Program-made: the position numbers and the translations under genes
Part shown: positions 32,401-47,400 of the stretch, piece by piece
Layout: each line of letters starts with the position of its first letter
Numbering within the stretch: the first letter of the stretch is position 1
Source: Eledone cirrhosa
Taxonomy: Eukaryota
DNA length: 64,000 bases
Direction: 5' to 3'
Assembly (NCBI GenBank): GCA_964016885.1
Contig: OZ024746.1
Coordinates: 101,928,001 to 101,992,000 of the forward strand
Notes under the pieces: generated by a model
Databases searched by the model: none
Told to the model about the DNA's origin: nothing
What the model saw: only the letters and a program-made list of their open reading frames with translations

Positions 32401-35400
32401 CTAACTATACCTGTCATTAACTGTACCTGTCTATAACTGTACCTGTCTCTAACCGTACCTGTCTCTAACAATACCTGTCTCTAACTGTACCCGTCTCTAA
32501 CTATACCTGACTCTAACTATACCTGTCTCTAACTATACCTGTCTCTAACTGTACCTGTCTATAACTGTACCTGTCTCTAACTGTACCTGTCTCTAACTGT
32601 ACCTGTCTCTAACTATACCTGTCTCTAACTGTACCTGTCTATAACTGTACCTGTCTATAACTGTACCTGTCTCTAACTGTACCTGTATGTAACTATAACT
32701 GTCTCTAACTGTAACTGTCTATAACTGTACCTGTCTATAACTGTACTTGTCTCTAACTATACCTGTCTATAAATGTACCTGTCTCTAACTGTACCTGTCT
32801 CTAACTATACCTGTCTCTAACTGTACCTGTCTCTAACTATACCTGTCTCTAACTGTACCTGTCTCTAACTGTACCTGTCTCTAACTATACCTGTCTCTAA
32901 CTATACCTGTCTCTAACTGTACCTGTCTCTAACTATACCTGTCTCTACCTGTACCTGTCTCTAATTATACCTGTCTCTAACTGTACCTGTCTCTAACTAT
33001 ACCTGTCTCTAACTATACCTGTCTCTAACTGTACTTGTCTCTAACTATACCTGTCTCTAACTGTACCTGTAATTAACTGTACCTGTCTCTAACTATACCT
33101 TTCTCTAACAGTACCTGTAATTAACTGTACCTGTCTGTAACTATAACTGTCTCTAACTGTACCTGTCTCTAACTATACCTGTCTCTAACTGTACCTGTCT
33201 CTAACTGTACCTGTGATAACTGTACCTGTCTCTAGCTGTACCTGTCTCTAACTGTAGCTGTCTGTAACTATACATGTCTCTAACTGTACCTGTCTCTAAC
33301 TGTTCCTGTCTCTAACTATACCTGTCTCTAACTGTACCTGTCTCTAACTGTACCTGTCTCTAACTGTACCTGACTCTAACTATAGCTGTCTCTAACTATA
33401 CCTGTCTCTAACTGTACCTGTCTCTAACTATACCTGTCTCTACCTATACCTGTCTCTAACTATACCTGTCTCTAACTGTACCTGTCTCTAACTATACCTG
33501 TCTCTAACTGTACCTGTCTCTAACTATACCTGTCTCTAACTGTACCTGTCTATAACTGTACCTGTCTATAACTGTACCTGTCTATAACTGTACCTGTATG
33601 TAACTATAACTGTCTCTAACTGTAACTGTCTATAACTGTACCTGTCTATAACTGTACTTGTCTCTAACTATACCTGTCTATAAATCTACCTGTCTCTAAC
33701 TGTACCTGTCTCTAACTATACCTGTCTCTAACTGTACCTGTCTCTAACTATACCTGTCTCTAACTGTACCTGTCTCTAACTGTACCTGTCTCTAACTGTA
33801 CCTGTCTCTAACTATACCTGTCTCTAACTATACCTGTCTCTAACTGTTCCTGTCTCTAACAATACCTGCCTTTAACTGTACCTGTCTCTAACTATACCTG
33901 TCTCTAACTGTACCTGTCTCTATATGTACCTGTCTCTAACTGTACCTGTCTGTAACTATACCTGTCTCTAACTGTACCTGTCTCTAACTGTACCTGTCTC
34001 TAACTGTTCCTGTCTCTAACTGTACCTGTCTCTAACTGTACCTGTCTATAACTGTACCTGTCTATAACTATACCTGTTTCTAACTGTACCTGTCTCTAAC
34101 TGTACATGTCTCTAACTGTTCCTGTCTCTAACTATACCTGTCTCTAACTGTACCTGTCTATAACTGTACCTGTCTATAACTGTACCTGTCTATAACTATA
34201 CCTGTTTCTAACTGTACCTGTCTCTAACTGTACCTGTCTCTAACTGTTCCTGTCTCTAAATATACCTGTCTCTAACTATACCTGTCTCTAACTGTACCTG
34301 TCTCTAACTATACCTGTCTCTAACTGTTCCTGTCTCTAACAATACCTGCCTTTAACTGTACCTGTCTCTAACTATACCTGTCTCTAACTGTACTTGTCTC
34401 TAGCTGTACCTGTCTCTAACTGTACCTGTCTGTAACTATACATGTCTCTAACTGTACCTGTCTCTAGCTGTACCTGTCTCTAACTGTACCTGTCTGTAAC
34501 TATACATGTCTCTAACTGTACCTGTCTCTAACTGTATCTGTCTCTAACTGTTCCTGTCTCTAACTATACCTCTCTCTAACTGTTCCTGTCTCTAACTATA
34601 CCTGTCTCTAACTGTACCTGTCTCTAACTGTACCTGTCTATAACTGTACCTGTCTATAACTATACCTGTTTCTAACTGTACCTGTCTCTAACTGTACCTG
34701 TCTCTAACTGTACCTGTCTCTAACTGTACCTGTCTCTACCTATACCTGTCTCTAACTATACCTGTCTCTAACTGTACCTGTCTCTAACTGTACCTGTCTC
34801 TAACTATACCTGTCTCTAACTGTACCTGTCTCTAACTATACCTGTCTCTAACTGTACCTGTCTATAACTGTACCTGTCTATAACTGTACCTGTCTATAAC
34901 TGTACCTGTATGTAACTATAACTGTCTCTAACTCTAACTGTCTATAGCTGTACCTCTCTATAACTGTACTTGTCTCTAACTATACCTGTCTATAAATGTA
35001 CCTGTCTCTAACTGTACCTGTCTCTAACTATACCTGTCTCTAACTATACCTGTCTCTAACTGTACCTGTCTCTAACTATACCTGTCTCTAACTGTACCTG
35101 TCTCTAACTGTACCTGTCTCTAACTGTACCTGTCTCTAACTATACCTGTCTCTAACTATAGCTGTCTCTAACTGTTCCTGTCTCTAACAATACCTGCCTT
35201 TAACTGAACCTGTCTCTAACTATACCTGTCTCTAACTGTACCTGTCTCTATATGTACCTGTCTCTAACTGTACCTGTCTGTAACTATACCTGTCTCTAAC
35301 TGTACCTGTCTCTAACTGTACCTGTCTCTAACTGTTCCTGTCTCTAACTATACCTGTCTCTAACTGTACCTGTCTCTAACTGTACCTGTCTATAACTGTA

Positions 35401-38400
35401 CCTGTCTATAACTATACCTGTTTCTAACTGTACCTGTCTCTAACTGTACCTGTCTCTAACTGTTCCTGTCTCTAACTATACCTGTCTCTAACTGTACCTG
35501 TTTATAACTGTACCTGTCTATAACTGTACCTGTCTCTAACTATACCTGTCTCTACCTATACCTGTCTCTAACTGTACCTGTCTCTAACTGTACCTGTCTC
35601 TAACTATACCTGTCTCTAACTGTACCTGTCTCTAACTGTATCTGTCTCTAACTATACCTGTATCTAACTGTACCTGTCTCTAACTATACCTGTCTCTAAC
35701 TATAACTGTCTCTAACTGTACCTGTCTCTAACTGTACCTGTCTCTAACTATACCTGTCTCTACCTGTACCTGTCTCTAATTATACCTGTCACTAACTGTA
35801 CCTGTCTCTAACTATACCTGTCTCTAACTATACCTGTCTCTAACTTACCTGTCTCTAACTATACCTGTCTCTAACTATACCTACCTCTAACTGTACCTGT
35901 AATTAACTGTACCTGTCTCTAACTATACCTGTCTCTAACTATACCTACCTCTAACTGTACCTGTAATTAACTGTACCTGTCTCTAACTATACCTTTCTGT
36001 AACTGTACCTGTAATTGACTGTACCTGTCTGTAACTATAACTGTCTCTAACTGTACCTGTCTTTAACTATACTTGTCTCTAACTGTACCTGTCTTTAACT
36101 ATACTTGTCTCTAACTGTACCTGTCTCTAACTGTACCTGTCTTTAACTATACTTGTATCTAACTGAACCTGTCTCTAACTGTACCTGTCTCTAACTATAT
36201 CTGTCTCTAACTATACCTGTCTCTAACTGTACCTGTCTTTAACTATACTTGTCTCTAACTGTACCTGTCTCTAACTATACCTGTCTCTAACTATACTTGT
36301 CTCTAATGTACCTGTCTCTAACTGTACCTGTCCCTAACTATACCTGTCTCTAACTGTACCTGTCTCTAACTATACTTGTCTCTAACTGTACCTGTCTCTA
36401 ACTGTACCTGTCTCTAACTGTACCTGTCTCTAACTTACCTGTCTCTAACTATACCTGTATCTAACTGTACCTGTCTCTAAGTGTACCTGTCATTAACTGT
36501 ACCTGTCTCTAACTACACCTGTCTCTAAATGTACCTGTCTCTAACTGTACCTGTCTATAACTGTACCTGTCTATAACTGTACTTGTCTCTAACTATACCT
36601 GTCTCTAACTATACCTGTCTCTAACTGTACCTGTAATTAACTGTACCTGTCTCTAACTATACCTTTCTCTAACAGTACCTGTAATTAACTGTACCTGTCT
36701 GTAACTATAACTGTCTCTAACTGTACTTGTCTCTAACTGTACCTGTCTCTAACTATACCTGTCTCTAACTGTACCTGTCTCTAACTGTACCTGTCTATAA
36801 CTGTACCTGTCTCTAACTGTACCTATCTATAACTGCACCTGTCTATAACTGTTCCTGTCTCTAAATATACCTGTCTCTAACTATACCTGTCTCTAACTGT
36901 ACCTGTCTCTAACTGTTCCTGTCTCTAACAATACCTGCCTTTAACTGTACCCGTCTCTAACTATACCTGTCTCTAACTGTACCTGTCTCTAGCTGTACCT
37001 GTCTCTAACTGTACCTGTCTCTAACTATACCTGTCTCTAACTGTTCCTGTCTCTAACTGTACCTGTCTCTAACTGTACCTGTCTCTAACTATACCTCTCT
37101 CTAACTGTACCTGTCTCTAACTATACCTGTATCTAACTGTACCTGTCTCTAACTGTACCCTTCTCTAACTGTACCTGTCTCTAACTGTACCTGTCTCTAA
37201 CTATACCTGTCTCTTACTATACTTGTCTCTAACTGTACCTGTCATTAACTGTACCTGTCTCTAACTATACCTGTCTCTAACTATACCTGTCTATAACTGT
37301 ACCTGTCTCTAACTGTACCTTTCTCTAACTATACCTGTCTCTAACTATACCTGTCTCTAAATGTACCTGTCTCTAACTATACCTGTCTCTAACTATACCT
37401 GTCTCTAACTATACCTGTCTCTAACTATACCTGTCATTAACTGTACCTGTCTATAACTGTACCTGTCTCTAACTGTACCTTTCTCTAACTGTACCTGTCT
37501 CTAACTGTTCCTGTCTCTAACTGTTCCTGTCTCTAACTATACCTGACTCTAACTATACCTGTCTCTAACTATACCTGTCACTAACTGTACCTGTCTCTAA
37601 CTGTACCTGTCTCTAACTGTACCTGTCTCTAACTGTACCTCTCTCTAACTATACCTGTCTCTAACTGTACCTGTCTCTAACTATACCTGTCTCTAACTGT
37701 ACCTGTCTATAATTGTACCTGTCTATAACTGTACCTGTCTCTAACTGTACCTGTATGTAACTATAACTGTCTCTAACTGTAACTGTCTATAACTGTACCT
37801 GTCTATAACTGTACCTGTCTCTAACTGTACCTGTATGTAACTATAACTGTCTATAAATGTACCTGTCTCTAACTGTACCTGTCTCTAACTATACCTGTCT
37901 CTAACTGTACCTGTCTCTAACTATACCTGTCTCTAACTGTACCTGTCTCTAACTGTACCTGTCTCTAACTGTACCTGTCTCTAACTATACCTGTCTCTAA
38001 CTATACCTGTCTCTAACTGTACCTGTCTCTAACTATACCTGTATGTAACTATAACTGTCTCTAACTGTAACTGTCTATAGCTGTACCTCTCTATAACTGT
38101 ACTTGTCTCTAACTATACCTGTCTATAAATGTACCTGTCTCTAACTGTACCTGTCTCTAACTATACCTGTCTCTAACTGTACCTGTCTCTAACTATACCT
38201 GTCTCTAACTGTACCTGTCTCTAACTATACCTGTCTCTAACTGTACCTGTCTATAACTGTACCTGTCTATAACTGTACCTGTCTATAACTGTACCTGTAT
38301 GTAACTATAGCTGTCTCTAACTGTAACTGTCTATAACTGTACCTGTCTATAACTGTACTTGTCTCTAACTATACCTGTCTATAAATGTACCTGTCTCTAA

Positions 38401-41400
38401 CTGTACCTGTCTCTAACTATACCTGTCTCTAACTGTACCTGTCTCTAACTATACCTGTCTCTAACTGTACCTGTCTCTAACTGTACCTGTCTCTAACTGT
38501 ACCTGTCTCTAACTATACCTGTCTCTAACTATACCTGTCTCTAACTGTTCCTGTCTCTAACAATACCTGCCTTTAACTGTACCTGTCTCTAACTGTACCT
38601 GTCTCTAACTGTACCTGTCTCTATATGTACCTGTCTCTAACTGTACCTGTCTGTAACTATACCTGTCTCTAACTGTACCTGTCTCTAACTGTACCTGTCT
38701 CTAACTGTTCCTGTCTCTAACTGTACCTGTCTCTAACTGTACCTGTCTATAACTGTACCTGTCTATAACTATACCTGTTTCTAACTGTACCTGTCTCTAA
38801 CTGTACCTGTCTCTAACTGTTCCTGTCTCTAACTATACCTGTCTCTAACTGTACCTGTCTCTAACTGTACCTGTCTATAACTGTACCTGTCTATAACTAT
38901 ACCTGTTTCTAACTGTACCTGTCTCTAACTGTACCTGTCTCTAACTGTTCCTGTCTCTAAATATACCTGTCTCTAACTATACCTGTCTCTAACTGTACCT
39001 GTCTCTAACTATACCTGTCTCTAACTGTTCCTGTCTCTAACAATACCTGCCTTTAACTGTACCTGTCTCTAACTATACCTGTCTCTAACTGTACTTGTCT
39101 CTAGCTGTACCTGTCTCTAACTGTACCTGTCTGTAACTATACATGTCTCTAACTGTACCTGTCTCTAGCTGTACCTGTCTCTAACTGTACCTGTCTGTAA
39201 CTATACATGTCTCTAACTGTACCTGTCTCTAACTGTACCTGTCTCTAACTGTTCCTGTCTCTAACTATACCTCTCTCTAACTGTTCCTGTCTCTAACTAT
39301 ACCTGTCTCTAACTGTACCTGTCTCTAACTGTACCTGTCTATAACTGTACCTGTCTATAACTATACCTGTCTCTAACTATACCTGTCACTAACTGTACCT
39401 GTCTCTAACTGTACCTGTCTCTAACTGTACCTGTCTCTAACTGTACCTCTCTCTAACTATACCTGTCTCTAACTGTACCTGTCTCTAACTATACCTGTCT
39501 CTAACTGTACCTGTCTATAATTGTACCTGTCTATAACTGTACCTGTCTCTAACTGTACCTGTATGTAACTATAACTGTCTCTAACTGTAACTGTCTATAA
39601 CTGTACCTGTCTATAACTGTACCTGTCTCTAACTGTACCTGTATGTAACTATAACTGTCTATAAATGTACCTGTCTCTAACTGTACCTGTCTCTAACTAT
39701 ACCTGTCTCTAACTGTACCTGTCTCTAACTATACCTGTCTCTAACTGTACCTGTCTCTAACTGTACCTGTCTCTAACTGTACCTGTCTCTAACTATACCT
39801 GTCTCTAACTATACCTGTCTCTAACTGTACCTGTCTCTAACTATACCTGTATGTAACTATAACTGTCTCTAACTGTAACTGTCTATAGCTGTACCTCTCT
39901 ATAACTGTACTTGTCTCTAACTATACCTGTCTATAAATGTACCTGTCTCTAACTGTACCTGTCTCTAACTATACCTGTCTCTAACTGTACCTGTCTCTAA
40001 CTATACCTGTCTCTAACTGTACCTGTCTCTAACTATACCTGTCTCTAACTGTACCTGTCTATAACTGTACCTGTCTATAACTGTACCTGTCTATAACTGT
40101 ACCTGTATGTAACTATAACTGTCTCTAACTGTAACTGTCTATAACTGTACCTGTCTATAACTGTACTTGTCTCTAACTATACCTGTCTATAAATGTACCT
40201 GTCTCTAACTGTACCTGTCTCTAACTATACCTGTCTCTAACTGTACCTGTCTCTAACTATACCTGTCTCTAACTGTACCTGTCTCTAACTGTACCTGTCT
40301 CTAACTGTACCTGTCTCTAACTATACCTGTCTCTAACTATACCTGTCTCTAACTGTTCCTGTCTCTAACAATACCTGCCTTTAACTGTACCTGTCTCTAA
40401 CTGTACCTGTCTCTAACTGTACCTGTCTCTATATGTACCTGTCTCTAACTGTACCTGTCTGTAACTATACCTGTCTCTAACTGTACCTGTCTCTAACTGT
40501 ACCTGTCTCTAACTGTTCCTGTCTCTAACTGTACCTGTCTCTAACTGTACCTGTCTATAACTGTACCTGTCTATAACTATACCTGTTTCTAACTGTACCT
40601 GTCTCTAACTGTACCTGTCTCTAACTGTTCCTGTCTCTAACTATACCTGTCTCTAACTGTACCTGTCTATAACTGTACCTGTCTATAACTGTACCTGTCT
40701 ATAACTATACCTGTTTCTAACTGTACCTGTCTCTAACTGTACCTGTCTCTAACTGTTCCTGTCTCTAAATATACCTGTCTCTAACTATACCTGTCTCTAA
40801 CTGTACCTGTCTCTAACTATACCTGTCTCTAACTGTTCCTGTCTCTAACAATACCTGCCTTTAACTGTACCTGTCTCTAACTATACCTGTCTCTAACTGT
40901 ACTTGTCTCTAGCTGTACCTGTCTCTAACTGTACCTGTCTGTAACTATACATGTCTCTAACTGTACCTGTCTCTAGCTGTACCTGTCTCTAACTGTACCT
41001 GTCTGTAACTATACATGTCTCTAACTGTACCTGTCTCTAACTGTACCTGTCTCTAACTGTTCCTGTCTCTAACTATACCTCTCTCTAACTGTTCCTGTCT
41101 CTAACTATACCTGTCTCTAACTGTACCTGTCTCTAACTGTACCTGTCTATAACTGTACCTGTCTATAACTATACCTGTTTCTAACTGTACCTGTCTCTAA
41201 CTGTACCTGTCTCTAACTGTTCCTGTCTCTAACTATACCTGTCTCTAACTGTACCTGTCTATAACTGTACCTGTCTATAACTGTACCTGTCTATAACTAT
41301 ACCTGTTTCTAACTGTACCTGTCTCTTACTGTACCTGTCTCTAACTGTTCCTGTCTCTAAATATACCTGTCTCTAACTATACCTGTCTCTAACTGTACCT

Positions 41401-44400
41401 GTCTCTAACTATACCTGTCTCTAACTGTTCCTGTCTCTAACAATACCTTCCTTTAACTGTACCTGTCTCTAACTGTACCTGTCTCTAACTGTACCTGTCT
41501 CTAACTGTACCTGTCTCTACCTATACCTGTCTCTAACTGTACCTGTCTCTAACTATACCTGTCTCTAACTGTACCTGTCTCTAACTATACCTGTCTCTAA
41601 CTGTACCTGTCTCTAACTGTACCTGTCTCTAACTGTACCTGTCTCTAACTATACCTGTCTCTAACTATACCTGTCTCTAACTGTACCTGTCTATAATTGT
41701 ACCTGTCTATAACTGTACCTGTCTCTAACTGTACCTGTATGTAACTATAACTGTCTCTAACTGTAACTGTCTATAACTGTACCTGTCTATAACTGTACCT
41801 GTCTCTAACTGTACCTGTATGTAACTATAACTGTCTATAAATGTACCTGTCTCTAACTGTACCTGTCTCTAACTATACCTGTCTCTAACTGTACCTGTCT
41901 CTAACTATACCTGTCTCTAACTGTACCTGTCTCTAACTGTACCTGTCTCTAACTGTACCTGTCTCTAACTATACCTGTCTCTAACTATACCTGTCTCTAA
42001 CTGTACCTGTCTCTAACTATACCTGTATGTAACTATAACTGTCTCTAACTGTAACTGTCTATAGCTGTACCTCTCTATAACTGTACTTGTCTCTAACTAT
42101 ACCTGTCTATAAATGTACCTGTCTCTAACTGTACCTGTCTCTAACTATACCTGTCTCTAACTGTACCTGTCTCTAACTATACCTGTCTCTAACTGTACCT
42201 GTCTCTAACTATACCTGTCTCTAACTGTACCTGTCTATAACTGTACCTGTCTATAACTGTACCTGTCTATAACTGTACCTGTATGTAACTATAACTGTCT
42301 CTAACTGTAACTGTCTATAACTGTACCTGTCTATAACTGTACTTGTCTCTAACTATACCTGTCTATAAATGTACCTGTCTCTAACTGTACCTGTCTCTAA
42401 CTATACCTGTCTCTAACTGTACCTGTCTCTAACTATACCTGTCTCTAACTGTACCTGTCTCTAACTGTACCTGTCTCTAACTGTACCTGTCTCTAACTAT
42501 ACCTGTCTCTAACTATACCTGTCTCTAACTGTTCCTGTCTCTAACAATACCTGCCTTTAACTGTACCTGTCTCTAACTGTACCTGTCTCTAACTGTACCT
42601 GTCTCTATATGTACCTGTCTCTAACTGTACCTGTCTGTAACTATACCTGTCTCTAACTGTACCTGTCTCTAACTGTACCTGTCTCTAACTGTTCCTGTCT
42701 CTAACTGTACCTGTCTCTAACTGTACCTGTCTATAACTGTACCTGTCTATAACTATACCTGTTTCTAACTGTACCTGTCTCTAACTGTACCTGTCTCTAA
42801 CTGTTCCTGTCTCTAACTATACCTGTCTCTAACTGTACCTGTCTATAACTGTACCTGTCTATAACTGTACCTGTCTATAACTATACCTGTTTCTAACTGT
42901 ACCTGTCTCTAACTGTACCTGTCTCTAACTGTTCCTGTCTCTAAATATACCTGTCTCTAACTATACCTGTCTCTAACTGTACCTGTCTCTAACTATACCT
43001 GTCTCTAACTGTTCCTGTCTCTAACAATACCTGCCTTTAACTGTACCTGTCTCTAACTATACCTGTCTCTAACTGTACTTGTCTCTAGCTGTACCTGTCT
43101 CTAACTGTACCTGTCTGTAACTATACATGTCTCTAACTGTACCTGTCTCTAGCTGTACCTGTCTCTAACTGTACCTGTCTGTAACTATACATGTCTCTAA
43201 CTGTACCTGTCTCTAACTGTACCTGTCTCTAACTGTTCCTGTCTCTAACTATACCTCTCTCTAACTGTTCCTGTCTCTAACTATACCTGTCTCTAACTGT
43301 ACCTGTCTCTAACTGTACCTGTCTATAACTGTACCTGTCTATAACTATACCTGTTTCTAACTGTACCTGTCTCTAACTGTACCTGTCTCTAACTGTTCCT
43401 GTCTCTAACTATACCTGTCTCTAACTGTACCTGTCTATAACTGTACTTGTCTATAACTGTACCTGTCTATAACTATACCTGTTTCTAACTGTACCTGTCT
43501 CTTACTGTACCTGTCTCTAACTGTTCCTGTCTCTAAATATACCTGTCTCTAACTATACCTGTCTCTAACTGTACCTGTCTCTAACTATACCTGTCTCTAA
43601 CTGTTCCTGTCTCTAACAATACCTTCCTTTAACTGTACCTGTCTCTAACTGTACCTGTCTCTAACTGTACCTGTCTCTAACTGTACCTGTCTCTACCTAT
43701 ACCTGTCTCTAACTATACCTGTCTCTAACTGTACCTGTCTCTAACTGTACCTGTCTCTAACTATACCTGTCTCTAACTGTACCTGTCTCTAACTATACCT
43801 GTCTCTAACTGTACCTGTCTATAACTGTACCTGTCTATAACTGTACCTGTCTATAACTGTACCTGTATGTAACTATAACTGTCTCTAACTGTAACTGTCT
43901 ATAGCTGTACCTCTCTATAACTGTACTTGTCTCTAACTATACCTGTCTATAAATGTACCTGTCTCTAACTGTACCTGTCTCTAACTATACCTGTCTCTAA
44001 CTGTACCTGTCTCTAACTATACCTGTCTCTAACTGTACCTGTCTCTAACTGTACCTGTCTCTAACTGTACCTGTCTCTAACTATACCTGTCTCTAACTAT
44101 ACCTGTCTCTAACTGTTCCTGTCTCTAACAATACCTGCCTTTAACTGTACCTGTCTCTAACTATACCTGTCTCTAACTGTACCTGTCTCTATATGTACCT
44201 GTCTCTAACTGTACCTGTCTGTAACTATACCTGTCTCTAACTGTACCTGTCTCTAACTGTACCTGTCTCTAACTGTTCCTGTCTCTAACTATACCTGTCT
44301 CTAACTGTACCTGTCTCTAACTGTACCTGTCTATAACTGTACCTGTCTATAACTATACCTGTTTCTAACTGTACCTGTCTCTAACTGTACCTGTCTCTAA

Positions 44401-47400
44401 CTGTTCCTGTCTCTAACTATACCTGTCTCTAACTGTACCTGTCTATAACTGTACCTGTCTATAACTGTACCTGTCTCTAACTATACCTGTCTCTACCTAT
44501 ACCTGTCTCTAACTGTACCTGTCTCTAACTGTACCTGTCTCTAACTATACCTGTCTCTAACTGTACCTGTCTCTAACTGTATCTGTCTCTAACTATACCT
44601 GTATCTAACTGTACCTGTCTCTAACTATACCTGTCTCTAACTATAACTGTCTCTAACTGTACCTGTCTCTAACTGTACCTGTCTCTAACTATACCTGTCT
44701 CTACCTGTACCTGTCTCTAATTATACCTGTCTCTAACTGTACCTGTCTCTAACTATACCTGTCTCTAACTATACCTGTCTCTAACTTACCTGTCTCTAAC
44801 TATACCTGTCTCTAACTATACCTGCCTCTAACTGTACCTGTAATTAACTGTACCTGTCTCTAACTATACCTTTCTGTAACTGTACCTGTAATTGACTGTA
44901 CCTGTCTGTAACTATAACTGTCTCTAACTGTAGCTGTCTTTAACTATACTTGTCTCTAACTGTACCTGTCTTTAACTATACTTGTCTCTAACTGTACCTG
45001 TCTCTAACTGTACCTGTCTTTAACTATACTTGTATCTAACTGTACCTGTCTCTAACTGTACCTGTCTCTAACTATATCTGTCTCTAACTATACCTGTCTC
45101 TAACTGTACCTGTCTTTAACTATACTTGTCTCTAACTGTACCTGTCTCTAACTATACCTGTCTGTAACTGTACCTGTCTCTAACTATACCTGTCTCTAAC
45201 TATACTTGTCTCTAATGTACCTGTCTCTAACTGTACCTGTCCCTAACTATACCTGTCTCTAACTGTACCTGTCTCTAACTATACTTGTCTCTAACTGTAC
45301 CTGTCTCTAACTGTACCTTTCTCTAACTGTACCTGTCTCTAACTTACCTGTCTCTAACTATAGCTGTATCTAACTGTACCTGTCTCTAAGTGTACCTGTC
45401 ATTAACTGTACCTGTCTCTAACTACACCTGTCTCTAAATGTACCTGTCTCTAACTGTACCTGTCTATAACTGTACCTGTCTATAACTGTACTTGTCTCTA
45501 ACTATACCTGTCTCTAACTATACCTGTCTCTAACTGTACCTGTAATTAACTGTACCTGTCTCTAACTATACCTTTCTCTAACAGTACCTGTAATTAACTG
45601 TACCTGTCTGTAACTATAACTGTCTCTAACTGTACTTGTCTCTTTCTGTACCTGTCTCTAACTATACCTGTCTCTAACTGTACCTGTCTCTAACTGTACC
45701 TATCTATAACTGTACCTGTCTCTAACTGTACCTATCTATAACTGCACCTGTCTATAACTGTTCCTGTCTCTAAATATACCTGTCTCTAACTATACCTGTC
45801 TCTAACTGTACCTGTCTCTAACTGTTCCTGTCTCTAACAATACCTGCCTTTAACTGTACCCGTCTCTAACTATACCTGTCTCTAACTGTACCTGTCTCTA
45901 GCTGTACCTGTCTCTAACTGTACCTGTCTCTAACTATACCTGTCTCTAACTGTACCTGTCTCTAACTGTACCTGTCTCTAACTGTACCTGTCTCTAACTA
46001 TACCTCTCTCTAACTGTACCTGTCTCTAACTATACCTGTATCTAACTGTGCCTGTCTCTAACTGTACCCTTCTCTAACTGTACCTGTCTCTAACTGTACC
46101 TGTCTCTAACTATACCTGTCTCTTACTATACCTGTCTCTAACTGTACCTGTCATTAACTGTACCTGTCTCTAACTATACCTGTCTCTAACTATACCTGTC
46201 TATAACTGTACCTGTCTCTAACTGTACCTTTCTCTAACTATACCTGTCTCTAACTATACCTGTCTCTAAATGTACCTGTCTCTAACTATACCTGTCTCTA
46301 ACTATACCTGTCTCTAACTATACCTGTCTCTAACTATACCTGTCATTAACTGTACCTGTCTATAACTGTACCTGTCTCTAACTGTACCTTTCTCTAACTG
46401 TACCTGTCTCTAACTGTTCCTGTCTCTAACTGTTCCTGTCTCTAACTATACCTGACTCTAACTATACCTGTCTCTAACTATACCTGTCACTAACTGTACC
46501 TGTCTCTAACTGTACCTGTCTCTAACTGTACCTGTCTCTAACTGTACCTCTCTCTAACTATACCTGTCTCTAACTGTACCTGTCTCTAACTATACCTGTC
46601 TCTAACTGTACCTGTCTATAATTGTTCCTGTCTATAACTGTACCTGTCTCTAACTGTACCTGTATGTAACTATACCTGTCTCTAACTGTAACTGTCTATA
46701 ACTGTACCTGTCTATAACTGTACCTCTCTCTAACTGTACCTGTATGTAACTATAACTGTCTATAAATGTACCTGTCTCTAACTATACCTGTCTCTAACTG
46801 TACCTGTCTCTAACTATACCTGTCTCTAACTGTACCTGTCTCTAACTGTACCTGTCTCTAACTGTACCTGTCTCTAACTATACCTGTCTCTAACTATACC
46901 TGTCTCTAACTGTACCTGTCTCTAACTATACCTGTCTCTACCTGTACCTGTCTCTAATTATACCTGTCTCTAACTGTACCTGTCTCTAACTATACCTGTC
47001 TCTAACTATACCTGTCTCTAACTGTACTTGTCTCTAACTATACCTGTGTCTAACTATACCTGTCTCTAACTGTACCTGTAATTAACTGTACCTGTCTCTA
47101 ACTATACCTTTCTCTAACAGTACCTGTAATTAACTGTACCTGTCTGTAACTATAACTGTATCTAACTGTACTTGTCTCTAACTGTACCTGTCTCTAACTA
47201 TACCTGTCTCTAACTGTACCTGTCTCTAACTGTACCTGTCTATAACTGTACCTGTCTCTAACTGTACCTGTCTATAACTGCACCTGTCTATAACTGTACC
47301 TGTCTCTAACTGTACTTGTCTGTAACTATACCTGTCTCTAACTATACCTGTCTCTAACTATACCTGTCTCTAACTGTACCTGTCTCTAACTGTACCTGTC